Assembly (NCBI GenBank): GCA_013265495.1
Contig: MU058423.1
Span: 3,735,061 to 3,799,060, forward strand
DNA length: 64,000 nt
Reading direction: 5' to 3'
From: Vicugna vicugna
Lineage: Eukaryota
Shown: one piece after another, positions 12,841 through 27,144 of the stretch
Numbering within the stretch: position 1 is the stretch's first letter
How the letters are laid out: each line of letters opens with the position of its first letter
Translations under genes and position numbers: made by a program
The notes under the pieces: generated by a model
Database searches by the model: none
Seen by the model: only the letters and a program-made list of their open reading frames with translations
Told to the model about the DNA's origin: nothing

Positions 12841-13249
12841 GTGCAACTATCACACCATTCATCTCCAGAACACTTTTCATCTTGCAAAAATGAAGGTTTG
12901 TACTCATGAGACAAGAACTCCTCACCCCCCCACCCCCAGCCTCTGGAAACTACCATTCTGTTTTCTGTTCCTATGAATTTGACTACCCTAGGTACCTCAC
13001 GTAAGTGGAATAATATAATATTTGTCCTTTTGTGATTGGCTTATTTCACTTAGCCTTCAACGTTTACCCTTATATCCACACGTGCACAGGTAGCATGTGT
13101 CAGAATTTCCTTCCTTTTTAAGGCTAGATAACATTCAATTGTGTACATATACTACATTTTGTTTATTCAGCTATTTGATGGACATTTGGGTTGCTTCTGC
13201 CTTTTGACCATTGTGAATAATGTTGCTATGAACATGGGAGCACAAATTC

Positions 13250-13700
13250 AGTTTTTTATTAAAGTATAATGTGATTTGTGTACTTTTCTGTATATAAGCA
13301 TATAGCTCATGAAATTTTCACAAACTCACCTGTATGATTAGCATAGACTGTTACCGGTACCTCGGAATCCCACTTTTCTCTTCCCAGTCCTCAAAGATAC
13401 ACCTATTTTGACCTTCAACACTATAGCTTTTTTCGTTTCTTATTTTAAAGTTTATGTAAACAGAATCACACACATTGTACTCTTTTGTGCCTGGCATCTT
13501 TTGCTCAATATTCTGTTTTGAGATTTATGCACATCATTTCTTGCAGCACTACTTTTCTCATCTTGTGAACAAAGCACAGTGTATCCATTTTACTGTCCTT
13601 TGGTGTTACAAATACTGCTTTGAACATTCTGTCAAATAATTTGGTGGACATATGTGTGTCTTTCTGTTAGATACAGGATTAGGAGTGGCTTTGTCCTGTA
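13250..13700 (-). mobile_element. Ancient L1 (L1ME-like) 3' fragment
   Basis: agaatcacac...tgtactcttttgtgcctggcatcttttgctcaatatt...ttttgagatttat. Confidence 0.65.
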
Positions 13701-14476
13701 ACTCGAGATGTATTACTGTCCCACGTAGCATTTGCCAGGGTTTCTCCAACTATTCTTCTCAACTTCCTTCCATTCTTCAGAACTATTTGATACTTAACAC
13801 AAGTATTCTTAAGGAACGTATGGTCCTATTTCCCCTGCCCCGATGGAATCTGTAAAGAAACAGGATAAACGGTTTTATCATAGCCTCAACTTCCCAAATA
13901 GGTATGAAGGCACTATTGATAGCTGCTGTCAATAAAATGAATGTGGTTGGCCATATATGTAGCTTTTACAGCTGCTTAAATTTTCTTACTGTATGTTGTA
14001 CAGGCATGAGCAAAAATTCAAGTGCCGTATTTTCGGTGATACGCTGAGAAGTTGGCAAAAGCGGAGAGGTGGCCAGGAGACAATATTTCTTTTTGCAGAC
14101 AAGGCAGCTTTTAGGCCGTGAGAGGCCTGTTAGCCATGCAGAGAATCAGAAAGCATTAAAAAAATTATTTTTTGTAAGTTAATAGGTATTGTCATAATGT
14201 TGACTGGAAGGTAAAATTGGTTATCAAGCTGACATTTATCATTCAGTAACAGTCCAAATTCCTATGTGCTGAGAAGCTTTAATAATTCATTTTTTATTCA
14301 GGCATGGGTATTAAGTCTTAAAATAAGAGTGATATAAACTTTTTCTCAGTATTCTTAAAAATTAAGTTGATAGTGGTACTTAGAAAACCCACTATTTTCT
14401 AGGTTATGTTGTAAGACAAAAATTAGGATAATATGTTTAACTATATGCAATGTAACTTATATACGTATCCATATAC

Positions 14477-14572
14477 TTTTTTCTTTTTTTTTAATGGAGG
14501 TGCTGGGGATTGAACCCAGGACCTCATGCATGCTAAACATGTGCTCTACCACTGAGATCTACCCATCCTGCC
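14477..14572 (-). mobile_element. tRNA-Ala-derived SINE (camelid vic-1-like)
   Basis: T-tail then atggaggtgctggggattgaacccaggacctcatgcatgctaaacatgtgctctaccactgag, the reverse complement of a tRNA-Ala-like head. Confidence 0.9.
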
Positions 14573-17500
14573 TCTGTATATATTTTCAAAAGGTAAAAGA
14601 CACAATGTAAATCTCACAGTGTGCTCAGTATATTATAATTTCTGTTAGATAAGACACTTTCAGGTTTTAATTTAGTTTGGTGAAATTTGCCTCAAAATAT
14701 CCCTTAATGTCCTATTGCCTGGGTAAATTGAGCAATTTTTTTTTTCTGGATCCTGAGATACAGAGAAAAGAAGGCATTAATTTCCACCCCCCGTGGAGGT
14801 TTTGTTGTTACTTTTTGTTGTTGCTGTTTTGACAGTTACATATATCAATATGTAATATGATACCACTAGATACAGGGAGCACACAGGTTGTGCAAGGCAG
14901 GGTGGTCGCCCTGTGGAAGGAATGATAACCCTTTGGCTGGAGGGGGGTTGATGGGATTATAAAGAAATCGTCCTTCTCCCAAATACAGTTTTGACAGATC
15001 AGGAAGGTAAGTAATCTAATCCACACATTTCATAAGCACTGAAACCTCCTGAGAAGAACTTAATCTTTCTTCTGTTAATCATGTCTGTGAGGCAGGGGGA
15101 TGGCTGGTTTACAAAAAAAGCTAAGACGTTAAATAACTAGGTTATGGTTTTGCTTTGTGAACCAGTATTGTAGCAAAGGAGAGCACTGATAGTTCTAATT
15201 TTTTAGAATGCTTTTCAAACCTTTTTTTTTTTGCAGACTAAAAAAAAATCAAAACCATACATACAACGCCTTCCTATTTGCAAATTCTTCTAGAGTGTTA
15301 GAGTAGATACTTTTACTTTAGAAACTAAATATTTGGAAAATTAACAATTATTTTACGTGTCAACAGAGCATTTACCACCCTAATTTCCATGTAAGATTTT
15401 TACCCCCGGTGCTTTGTTGAAATTAGGAAATGCATCCCTAAGTAAGGCTGACAGGTTACAGTGCTGTGGTTCGCTTGGCAGGCAGGGCCCATGTCTGAGT
15501 AGAGTTAACTTTCCTACCACCTTGTGGAACTTTGTTGGTGCCAGATTTTATTCTTAATTCTGAGATTTAGGCAAACATTTTTGCAGGTGGTTTCTAGCTT
15601 TTTATCATCTAGTGTCCTTCTTACAACTTGGGGGAGAGAAAAAGCCTTATTTACGTGCCCCAGTCCCCGCCCCGGGGATGTGCGCCGTGTGAGCCGTGCT
15701 GTGGGACAGGCCCTAGCGTAGTAGTACAGACTGTGTTTGAGGAAAGTGCGTGATGAAGTCTGGAGGTTGGAGCTGAGTGTTGATGTGTAGGAACGCGCCT
15801 GGCGGACCAGGACAAGAGAGCAAAGGCGGAGAGGAATGCTCCTTGCTTCCTAAAGCCGCTGGGGGACATCTGCGGCAGTGATGAGAGAGGCGATGGATTG
15901 CAATAGCCGTATATGACATGTGTATGAACTCGATTGTTTGTGAAGTAGGATGCCGTGGATGGATTTTAAGTAGGGGAATAATACAATTAGAGTTTTGTTT
16001 TAGAATAATCCTTTAAGGAGCAATGTGAAGGCGAATTTCAGTGGAGATGGAAGCCTGTTAAAAAAGTTTTGTGATGGTATCTGTACAAAATACAATATTA
16101 ACTCAAGGGCATATGCATTTTATGCTATTTGTATGTGTGTACAATATAATATAAGATACTGTGTGGAGAAGAAAATGTAGATAAGGCTGTCACCTAACTT
16201 AAAAACTGGAAGGAAATAAGGCGCACGTGTGCACATAGACACATGCAAACAATCATAAGGGAGCATTTGCTCATTCACTGTAAGAGGTACAAACAGCTTG
16301 CTGGGAAACGCGGTGAAAGGAGGATCCCTTCTGACTAGAGGAGAGGGAAACATTTGCATTTTCTCTGAATTCACTTTAAATTTTTGAAGAAGCATTTTTA
16401 AAAACATTGCATAAAGTAATTTTATAGTAGAACATAAGGGGTGGGTGAGGAACTTCTTAATCAAAGAGAAGTAGTTTGGAGAGTTCAGTTAGTTGGGTAA
16501 AGCATTTTCTGACTTCAAAGTAGGTTATCCAGAGACATCAGTTTTTAAAGATGACCGTTTCATAGCTTTTCAGATGAGCAAAATGCTGTCTCTCCCTCCA
16601 GGGTAATAGTTGGTGGACATTCTTATTCCTATTCTCAAGTAGTATCAAGGCAATGTTAATTTATAGCTGACACTTCTCCCAGGCATGGCTTTTTGGTTTA
16701 TTTATTTTTAATGGCTCTTTATTGCTCATCATTTAGTGGAGAAGAGTTTTGTGCCTGGGTGCCCATAGTTTTCACAGTGGATGGCCACGTTGGTGCCTTC
16801 GTCATTGGTGGTAGCCGTGAACTACTGTGCATTTTTTCTAGCGTTTCAGCTGTTAAATGAACCTCAGTTGAAAAAATCTCTTCCATAGCAGCACCGTTCT
16901 CATTTTGCCACATGCCTAAGCCTAGGGCATCATCACCTCTTCTTAGCTGTAGATCTTGAAGTTTTCATACAAAGTGTTCTGAGAGGAAAGCTTGATGGTT
17001 TCCTGTCTGCTTTAAATGCAAACTGAAGACCTCACAACTGCTTCTGCAATATGGAGATATCAGACATTATTAAAGAAAAGGTTATCACTGCCCCCCCCCT
17101 TCCAAGTGATTTCAAGGAGTTGTTTCATAAATAAGGCACCTTAACTGACGAAAACCAGGAAACCAAGGTCAATTTCTTCTCTCATAGAACTTTTTTTTAA
17201 GGTTGCACTTATTATGTATCAAATATTTATGTTTTCTGAGTTCTGTTTCTGGGACATCGATTTTGTTTCTTAATTTTATGCCTGTTCTTGTTAAGGTACC
17301 ACATGGTTTTAAGACGATTTAAATGTTAATGAGTTGTTTACATACTTATGGGAAAAAGCACTCTGTCTTTGTATAAATATGTTAATAATTACATGTTTAC
17401 ATGTCTGACTATTATAAAATATGCGTATAAAGTATTTCATAATATTGAGAGGAAATACATGCATAATGTGTATCATCCCCACTCTCTCTGCCCATCCAAT

Positions 17501-20500
17501 AATCTCAAATCAGGTTTGTCAACTTGGAAAAGTCCTTTAACCTCCCCTTGTCTTGGTTTCTTATCTTTAACCCAGTAGGGTTAGAAAAGATCATTTCTTA
17601 GGCATTTTGTACTTCAAGATGTCTGATTTACCCAGGATTATAGAGAACTTCCCAATTTATATTAAGAGTAGGCTAAAAGATAAACTCTCAAAATTGATCT
17701 GCTACATGGAAATTTCATTAAAATAGGTTCATTGGAGCCATGTAATAGTATTAGTCTAGATTCGATATGTTTTATATTCCTTTTCTCTAGGAATGAAATT
17801 GCATGTTTAAATTGATGAGTAGAAGTATAATAATTGCATAGTGAATTTAATTTGAGCAATAGCTATATTCAATTTTGTCTACAAAAATACATTACTGTTC
17901 AATAAAAATTTAGTATATTGTCTAAAGGTAAATGTAAGCTTCATTTTCAGGACAAATAGAGAGTATATTTCAAGTCAGTGATTTGTTTTTACTTAAATAT
18001 AAACATAGACAGTGACTAATGTTTTATTATTTCTATGAATTGTAACTAAAGCATCAACTGGAGAGTAACTTGAGTGAAACTGTATCCAGTTCATTAATAG
18101 ATATGGATAATTTGAGTTATATTTTTGGTATAATATTTCTTCATATGGCACATGTCACAGTGGAAATACATTTTAAAATATACCTTAAGAGAACTTTTCA
18201 CTTGATGATTTGTTTTTATGGAGAAGTTTCTTTTTTGTTTCAGAATATCCATTTACTTTAATTCACATACACTGAGAAAATGGTTCTGAAATGTGATGTA
18301 CCAAAATATACTTTGTTTCTTCTGCATTTTGTATCTTTTTATTCTTAGCTTCCTCTTCTTTGTTCACCCTGGTTTTGGCTTGTAAAAATCTAGACTTACA
18401 TTTTGAAAATAATACTCACAGAAAGCTAAGGTTTTGTCTATATCCACTCAGATTTGTAAAGAGACTTTCTGAGTGCCCTAGTCCCATTTACTAGGTCTGC
18501 TGTTGTTAAAATCATTGTCACCTGCACCGTGGCTTCTATTTCTGCTGCTTTGTTGAAATCATGGGATTGAGTTTTTCATCTCACTCTATATTAGTTTACT
18601 TTCCAGTCTGGTGTCCTCTTCTTCCAGTGCTGTCTTTCCCACCCCTGCAAGTTTGTTCCCCAAACATGACTTATACTCTGTGTAAGCAAGTCTCATTAAC
18701 TCTCTTCTCTTAGCCATTTAAGCTACATGAAAGCAGAAACTTTGGGATTTAATTACTTCCCAAAGTTAGCCTTGTGCTTGGCATAGGAAAGATACTCACA
18801 GAATATTTGTTGATTAAATAGTTGAATATTATTCTATTATTACCTTTGAAAAGTTAGTTCTTAGGTCTGTGCCTCCCAGCCCTAATACATATTCCATCTT
18901 TGATCTTAGACTTCCTTCCTTCCCGACTGCCTGCTGGACAGTTCTCCTTGGCTGTCTAATATAACCTCAAACAAGACAGGTCTGAATCTCAATGTCTTCC
19001 ATGTGTTCTATTTTTATTGATGGTGTCATCTTTCTCCCAGTCACTTGGATTTAAAAATATCTCATGATTTAAAAAAATCTCTGGTGCCCCTTCCTAAATT
19101 ACAACAGATCAGTGAGCTGTGAGTCAGACCACAGCTGGACTCCTGACAGTTACTTAATTTCCTTGAATCTTCCCTTCCTTATTAGAAAAGTCCTATCACC
19201 TTGGAGTAGTTTTTGAGAATTATGTCAGAATATGTGTGAAAGTCCTTAGTGTGGTCCACGTGGCACATAGTAAATGCTGAATAAATTGCCTGCCTGCAGT
19301 TGTGATTTCCAGGGAGTCAGGAGAGAATTATTAGCATTTTTGAGCTTTCCCATTGTTCCTAGTCAGGCTGCGACTGCCCTGGCAGAGGGTCTCGTCCGTC
19401 ACCCATGTAGTGCCGTCCCCTCCACGCATGCAGGATTGCACGGGTAGGCAGATAGCGATCACATTGTCCTCTCGAGAAGCTGATGACCTCACAGCTAAAA
19501 TGATCATCTGTACACTTCAGTTTGACATTGAAATTTTTGGAGTCTGATCCTCACCAACATTTCTAGCCTTATTTTGGACCCTTCAGGCATGAATCTGTAG
19601 TCACTGTCTTCCCAGTTTCATCTGTCTCCTCAACCTGTCTTAGTGCCGGACACTCTTCTCTCTCCCTTTTTCATTCTGTCTAGATTGCCTGTCACTCAAG
19701 GCCTCTGATGCTTATTTTCTGTGAAATTTTTCTTGAACCCTTTCTTGTCACATTGCTCTCCCTGCTTAATCGATGAACGTTATTCCATCACTTACACGCT
19801 CACTCACTCACTGCTGGCTGAGACAAGACACTGTTGTCAGCACTTGCACACACCAGTGAACAGAAAAGACAGTCTGCAGACTCTGGAATTTTGGTTTGTA
19901 TCACAGTTGACAGGGAATCCTGTTTTGTGATATCTTTGTAGTTTGCATCTTTGTAATTTATTGATTCCTGTAGTATTTTCTTCCATATGGATTGTACATT
20001 TCTTGATATTTGAGTATTGTTTAAAATCTTTTAATATTTTCTTTAATGTCCGATTTGGTGTTTTACCCGGAGGAAGAACTCAAATATTGGTTAATTTGGG
20101 GGAGGGAGTGTCACATTGATGGCTTGAGTTTTAAAACTACAGCTACAATATCAGAGGTATTATTTGCAATGTATTTGAGATGAGAGAGATTCATAAATCT
20201 GGATGCTTTAGGGACATATTCCTTCTAACAAAAGAGCTGTAACTACACAGGGAGATCGTTACAGTAACGGAGGTCTTTCTGGCAAAAAAGTTGATTGTGG
20301 GTGAATACCACATTTCTGTTGTAGGCAAGATACATTTGATGTCACTTGAACTTGCATGGAAACCTTTTTCTTCCATCTAACTTTTTTTGTGAACCTCCTT
20401 CTCCCCCCTTCAATGTAATGTCCAAATCAATATTTGGAAAAAATATCTATATTTAAATCAATAGGCAGTTAAGTTTTAATAGCTTTTGTTACTGTGGGAA

Positions 20501-23500
20501 TTATAGAAGTAATTGATGACTGTTACTTGCTCATCCCAAAGGTCCTCTCTGACCTCAATGATGAGGTTAAATACCCACTCGCTGCTCTAGACTTCCACAG
20601 CCCTGTGCTTCCTGTTTGATTCTTCCTGTGGTGTAATTACTGGAATAGTGCCTGTCTTCCACTCTAGACCACAAGTCCTGTGAGGGCAGGAGCCCTTTCT
20701 GTTTCTTTGAGACCTACTAAATGCACAGAATGTAAAGCGTGCTCACCAAACATGCATTGCGTTAAATTTGACACTCATTCGGTAACCTAAGATGTTTTGC
20801 TTTGCTATAGATATTAGAGACTGAGCTAGGTTCTGGGTTTGCACTGGAAAATAAAACACAGCCCTTGTCCTCAGGGTTCTTACCAACTCCCAGAATGTGC
20901 TAAACTCAATTCTTATTTAATTAACATTTGTATATTGCTGAATGTTTTCAGATATTTTTTTCTGACTTAAACCTCAAAATAACCCTGAAAGATGTTACAG
21001 TTTCACTGTATGGCTGAGGGAACTGAGGAATCAAGACTCAGTAATTTATTCAGGTTCATGTAGGATTGGCACCTGCCTCCATCTGATCTCCAGATGCATC
21101 TCCTGAAATGCGTGCTGTCTCCAGCCTGGTAAGCCATGTGACAGTGACAGTCACACCTGACGTCTATTCTGGCTTATCAGAAATTATATCTGTTTCTTCC
21201 CACTCATGTGTTTTGGTGTTTGCATTTGAAAATGGGGCAAGGAATTGAGACTTGGAAACAAGCCTACTGCTGGTTGAGGTTTTGCATTTCATTCAACTTT
21301 CCCAGTCGGCCTCAGTCCCTTTGCTTTTGCAACTCTTAACCATTGGTAGAATTTTCCAGGGTGACCTTTTTGGTGTGAACTTTAGATCTCTTGAGTCTTC
21401 ATTTTAGGCCCATCAGATAAGTTTAAACATCTTTTCTTGGTGTTTGGAGCCCCCATGGTCGGAAGAATTCATGCTCCTTTACCACTTGCTACTTAAGGCA
21501 ATCCCCGATCAGACCCACAGATGCATTCTTGCCTTTGTACCTGTGTTTAGGCTCTGTCTCCCTGCTGGAATGCTTTCTGTCAACTTTTTGTCGACTAAAA
21601 TGAACATTTCCCTTCCGTTTGGGTTTTGAAGTAAATGCTCCCTGCAGGTTGAGCCCTTAGCTGTGCGCTGTTCTCTGTGCTGTGTTGCTACCTCACGTGT
21701 GCTGGTTTCGTTTCCCTAGCGAAACTTTTTATTTCTGGTGCAAAAAGGTTCAAATCCTGGTTTTTTGTTTGTTTTCCCATGGTGTCTAGTACAGTGCTGG
21801 GCATACGACTGTGCCTGCCAAGTGCCCAAATGTTGGTTGAAGTAACTTGAATTATAGTTAGTACTTCCTAATTATGTCCGAAAGCCTCAGTGCTTTCCGA
21901 ACCTTTCGGTGCCCTGGAGAAGAGCGGCTGGAGGAGACAGTCTCCCCTGTTAAAAGAGAGATGCGTCCCGTTTGCGTTGTGCGTGAAGTGATACAGAGTG
22001 TTTTCAAGTGCATATTAGCTCACTTAATCCTCACGATAATTTTATGGGAGAGAGATCATTTCATCCTCATTGAGGGGTGATAGCATTAGGGCTCAGATAA
22101 TTTGCCTGCCCAGCAGATGGCTGGAACTGGGACCCAGAGAGAGCTTGTGTGAGTGCAGTGCACGCGGGAGGGACTGGAGCAACCCGCTGGGCTGCAAGCT
22201 CCAGAGGGCAGGGCGCGGGAATGCTGATTGCACGTCATGGTTGCAACATTGAAGTGAGGTTCTTGTGTCAGCTGCCCTTTAATTCCTCCATGCGTGCACT
22301 TCTGATCTGTCTGGCTCTGCTGGCACAACCAAGTTTGTCTTCTGTGGCTAGAGTTTCACTACCAATTAGCTATATGGTAATTATAAAGTTACAAATATTG
22401 AAGTGATGATAAAAATTACTAATGTTTGTATTTCCCTTCTTCCTCCATTATCGTCATCATCATTACCTCTGTGCGTATATGTATAGACATTTGTAGTTAC
22501 TGTGTATAAAACAATCTGAAGTCTTAAAAATTATACAGAAAAAATTTAGTTGTGACAGTTACAAACTTTTTGTTAGCGCTTCCTTAATTATCTGCTGTAC
22601 TTGGGTTGACTGTTACTGTGAGTAGCTTGGTGGATAACCCCGTTGACAGCTTTGGGCTAGAGAATTCACACATCATTATTTTGAGAAAGAGATGTTTTGT
22701 GCCCTCATAGTTCATGAATGATTAAAAAAACTCTGATCATCTTTGGTATCTGTCCTTGGAAATTTACAAATACTTTGAAAGTCAAATGCATTTCCTTTTG
22801 TTCTCATGAATTGAGTTTTTGCTTCGGGTTAGGAAAGTGTTTTTCTAGTTATCTGATTAAAATTATATTATTATTATTATTATTTTGCTGTATCTATGAG
22901 TGGTTAACAGTGTAATCTTGTTTTTAGCCTCTTGGTTTTTAATACACTCTGGAGCATAAGGAAATGCCAGAGGGCCATCACACTGAAGCTGACCTGCGGC
23001 CTTCTGATGGCTCTGGGGGAATATAGCTTGTAAAGTTTGTCTTAAACATTCCCTTTGCCTTTGGTTTGTAGAGGCAGATGCCAGAAGCATTTTTTGAATG
23101 ATTAAAATTTCAAAATATTAAAAAAAAGTAGGCATGGATTTCTATAGACAGTATGCATTCTGCAAAGACAAGAAGACCGCCTTAGGCTGGTGTCCTAGAG
23201 GGCGTATAATGTATAGTTTTCAAAAACCCACAGGAGAAAGAACTTGTAATAGGTTAGCTTAGAGGTAGATCATCGTGAGGGCGAAGTCTTCATTTTAGCC
23301 CTGGGGAGAAACAAGAGATTGGCGTGTTGACTTGATTCTAAGCGTCATGCCACTGTATCAAGTGGTTTTGGTGCTGTGGAAAGTGTGGCTAAGGTTTTTC
23401 GGTTCAACTGGAGCTTAGTGGTTGAGATGCCCTTTTTCACAAAAGAATCTGCTAGAAAGACTTGGTTACTGGGAGTCAACCCAGCCTGCAATGGTCTAGT

Positions 23501-25814
23501 GTGTACTTGGTACTTTTGGAGGGACCCAGTGGTATCCGTATCAGTGTAGGTGAGGATGTCTGGTCCCTGCTCTGGAGGAACTAGTGGATATTCTGGAAAG
23601 ATAAAATTTTAACAAAACAAGAAGCAAAATTAAATCTAGGATCTATGGTGCTTCGTGTTAATGATGTGAGAGATGAGACAAGGGAGAGGGAAGTGGAGGT
23701 TGAACAGCCAGAAAGGTGGATTGGGAAGCTGGACCTCAGGTGGGGCATTTTTTTTGATTTTTCTCTGTACAGTTTGTCCCAGCAGGTCAGAGTCCTGAAG
23801 TCCTGTTCAGTCTCAACACATGCCTTTTAATGTTCTTGGGATTTTATTTTCCAAGACCTATTGAAACAGTCAGTGTGTAAGCCCTTAAGTTTCAGGCATA
23901 GGGTCGTTTGGGGAAATTTTTCAATGATATGAATATTAAATATTAGGCACTATCTGCCTTTAGCATTTCCTTACTCATTTGTTAAAACCTGAGGCTCCTT
24001 ACCAAGAATTAGAAAATAAACAAAAAAAATCGGTAGGTTTCTTTTTTTAATTCATGGATTGATTATGTTCTGAAAATATCGGTCTGTCCTTGAGGTGGTT
24101 ATTTCTGTGTCAAAAAAAGATTTTTGTGAAACACTTGCTTTTTAGAACGTGATAGTTCTAGGTGTGCTTTCAGTATGTTCCAGAGATTTCCCAGATCTTT
24201 CATTTGTCATAGGACAATAATGGAAAACAAAACAAAACTTCTTCTTTTAAACTTCCAAGTTGTTTAATCCCAGTGACACTGCTTTATCTTACTACTGTAT
24301 CATGACACTAGACACTGCCTCTCAACGCTGACTACATTTTTGTCTAAACTAGTGCTGTTGGCAGTAACAATGCAGCATTTGCTTCTAGACAACATCATTG
24401 AAGAACAAAAGAACCTGAAGGACCTGTCCAACTGTCTGTGCTAAACTTGTGGGTCGGAGAGTGTTTAAACTCAGGCCTACAGGAGGTTTTGTTCTATTCC
24501 CTCCTTGGGTATCCTTGCGCATCTTGGACAGCCGTGGCATCGCCGTTGGTTGACTGTTTATAACAGAGTCCATTTCATTCTCACCTGGCCAGTCAGCGAA
24601 CGGTCAGTTCTCACCTGGCTGAGAAAGGTGTCACTTTTCTCGCTACAGGAGCTATTTCTGTGGTGGCCTGTTGTTCCAAGACTCAGAACATTTTCCCATT
24701 AAAGTTTAGTGAGGAAGTCAAATGTACCTTTAACTTGTTAGACTTATGTTTTATTCATTTATCTGCACCACTCTGAGGATTTAAAAATGATGTAAGCAGT
24801 TTTCAGACAGGTTCGTACCCTTGTTCCTGGACCTTCAGAACCCCTTTTCCTGCGGTGGTGTTCCTGGGAGGCACAGCACCTGTATTCCATTAGAAATTTC
24901 TACCTGAATCGTCCACTTTAGTCTTGAATTTTCCCCTCTGTGTTCAACTCCTGACTTCCTTGTCTGCAAGTTACTTATGTTAAACTTCCGTTTTATATGT
25001 AGCTCACAAGAACAATATACTGAAAAATATAATACATATAGATGTTAATGTTAATAGGACTATAGGTAACTTTTATTTTCTAATTAGCACTTCTTTGTAT
25101 TTTCTAACTTTTATATGCTTAGCTCATATTCCTTTTAAAATCAGAAAAATCTGTTAAAAAAACCTTAGCTGTAACTGATTATGATGAATTACATTTTTTT
25201 TGTGTGTGTGTGCTGCTGTTGCTGCTGCATTATGGAAGTTGGGAGAAGAGAATCTTCTTTATTTTTAGCGCAGAAAGCAATTGAATAATGTTATTTTTTT
25301 ATTTGCCATTAAATAGATATTCTACCTAAGTAAATTTCATATAACTCAAGCCTATTCTTTAAAAGCCAAAATTTAAAAATTTTCAAACTTAAGATGACAA
25401 CCTTTTATTATTAATATTGCATATGTTTAAATCTATTGTGATTGAAAGATAGTCTACGGAATTGAGTTTGAATTTTTTTTTCTGGAATCAGGATCAACAC
25501 TGTGAGCTTCAATTACTGTACTTTTGACTTTTCCCTTGCTGTCAGATGTCACCTCAGTAGTGCTAACCTGGGGCTTTTAATCACGTAGTTTAGGGAAAAC
25601 AAATAGCATGTAGCATTTTATATGGATTGATTTACTGAATTCTGAAGGGTAGTATGAAAGCTTTCTTCCTGGAGTGAAATGTATGTGGTTGCCTTGGTCA
25701 GCATCTGGGAGAGATGGCTTTGTGATTTATGTTCCTATAAGTGTTAATAGCTGGTGACCAGGGAGGATGTTTGTTTTTGCTTTGTTCTTAACTGTGCCTG
25801 GAAAGATTTGGATT

Positions 25815-26045
25815 GGGCATTGGTGAGGCTTTGGAATTAGGTAGGCTTGGGTATAAATCCCACCGAAGCCACTTCATAGCTGTGTGATCTTGGGCATTCC
25901 GTCTACCCTCTTCCAAGTTCATTTCCTCATCTGTAAAATGAGGATAATCATGCTTTCATCATGGGAGCTGTGAGGATTAAATCATGTTAATGTGCCTGGC
26001 ACAGTGCCTGCACATAGTGATTGCTCAATAAATGTTAACAACAAT
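25815..26045 (+). mobile_element. MIR SINE, near full length
   Basis: Core gctgtgtgatcttgggca...tttcctcatctgtaaaatgaggataat and tail gctcaataaatgttaac. Confidence 0.9.
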
Positions 26046-27120
26046 GATACTCATAATAATTGGATTTTATTATTAATTTAGCTATAAGTAACATGCTTAA
26101 TTTATAATTGGCTATAATTCTCTATTATGTGTCTTTGGGGATTATTTTAGAGTAAGAAGAGTTTAACTTAAAAACTGTTTTCAAATATGGTTAAACTTTC
26201 ATGAATGCTAAATTGAGCAATTGTCTTTGCATCTGGAACATTTATGACATTTAAGGTAAGTGTGTCTTAACTTCAATTTAGAAATTTTCTTTTGATAATC
26301 TTGACATGCTTCATCCACCCACTCCCCAGCTCATCCGCAGATATTTTCCATAGAACCATGAACAGCTCACTGGCCCTGGGCATTGTGTCCGTGGTCCCTA
26401 ACAGCATGGTCCTCTGAGATTTCAGAGGCAGAGATACGGTGATTAAGAGCAAAATTAAGTGAAATAGTGCTGTGAGATTAAAAATTATGTTCTGTAATTT
26501 TACAGTGTTGGTAATATGTTTAAAAAAACAACAACAAAAAAACTGCAGATGAACTCAGATTGTGAAGTTCCAAATCTCAGCATTGTTCTTAAAGTTACGT
26601 GATCTTGGGCCAGTTGCTGAGTTCTCTAAGCTTTAATTCCCTTATCTGCTAAATTGGAAAAGTATTATCTTCCTCCTAAAGTTACAACTGTCAATATCTA
26701 CTTAGGTAATCTAATGTAAAGCACGTGGTAGGTTCTCAGCAGACGCCAACTAAGTAGTTATAGTTGTGGTGTGACTCATCTTGGCACCCACTGAATTCAC
26801 GGGAGGTGTTCTGCACCCTGCATTGTACCAGGTCAAGGAAGTGGGTCCAGTTCTGCTCTCTTTCTGCCCTGGGGAGACTGGGCTGGACAGAGACTGTTGG
26901 GCACATCTAGTGTGGGCTTCTCTGGTTGGTTGGAGTGATAATGACAGCTTTGCCTTTTAAGAACTACATTCGAAGTCTGAATTCACAAAAGTGCTTTACA
27001 AATGTTGATTATAGAGAGTGAATACCAGTATTTTCTAACTGTGAATTTTCTTTGCTCCCTAAGAATTACATTGATGTTTTTACCGCATGACTTTGGTTAA
27101 ATGACACAGTCCTGAAATTG

Positions 27121-27144
27121 CGTGTGTGTGTGCGTGTGTGTGTG
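27121..27144 (+). repeat. (TG)n microsatellite, interrupted
   Basis: cgtgtgtgtgtgcgtgtgtgtgtg. Confidence 0.9.

Larger units (their letters stand above)
12180..13250 (-). mobile_element. L1MB-like 3' end, interrupted by the LTR at 12290-12840
   Basis: catac...aaatttaccatttt...cattgttgtgc|LTR|gtgcaactatcac...ctccagaacactttt; the L1 reads through when the LTR and one GTGC are removed. Confidence 0.88.

Noticed and set aside
15650..22100. Many faint L2/MIR fragments (also 31340-32790, 35990-36900, 44000-44660, 55540-56050, 63000-63300)
   Set aside because: Probably real but too degraded to bound reliably by eye; ordinary intronic background.
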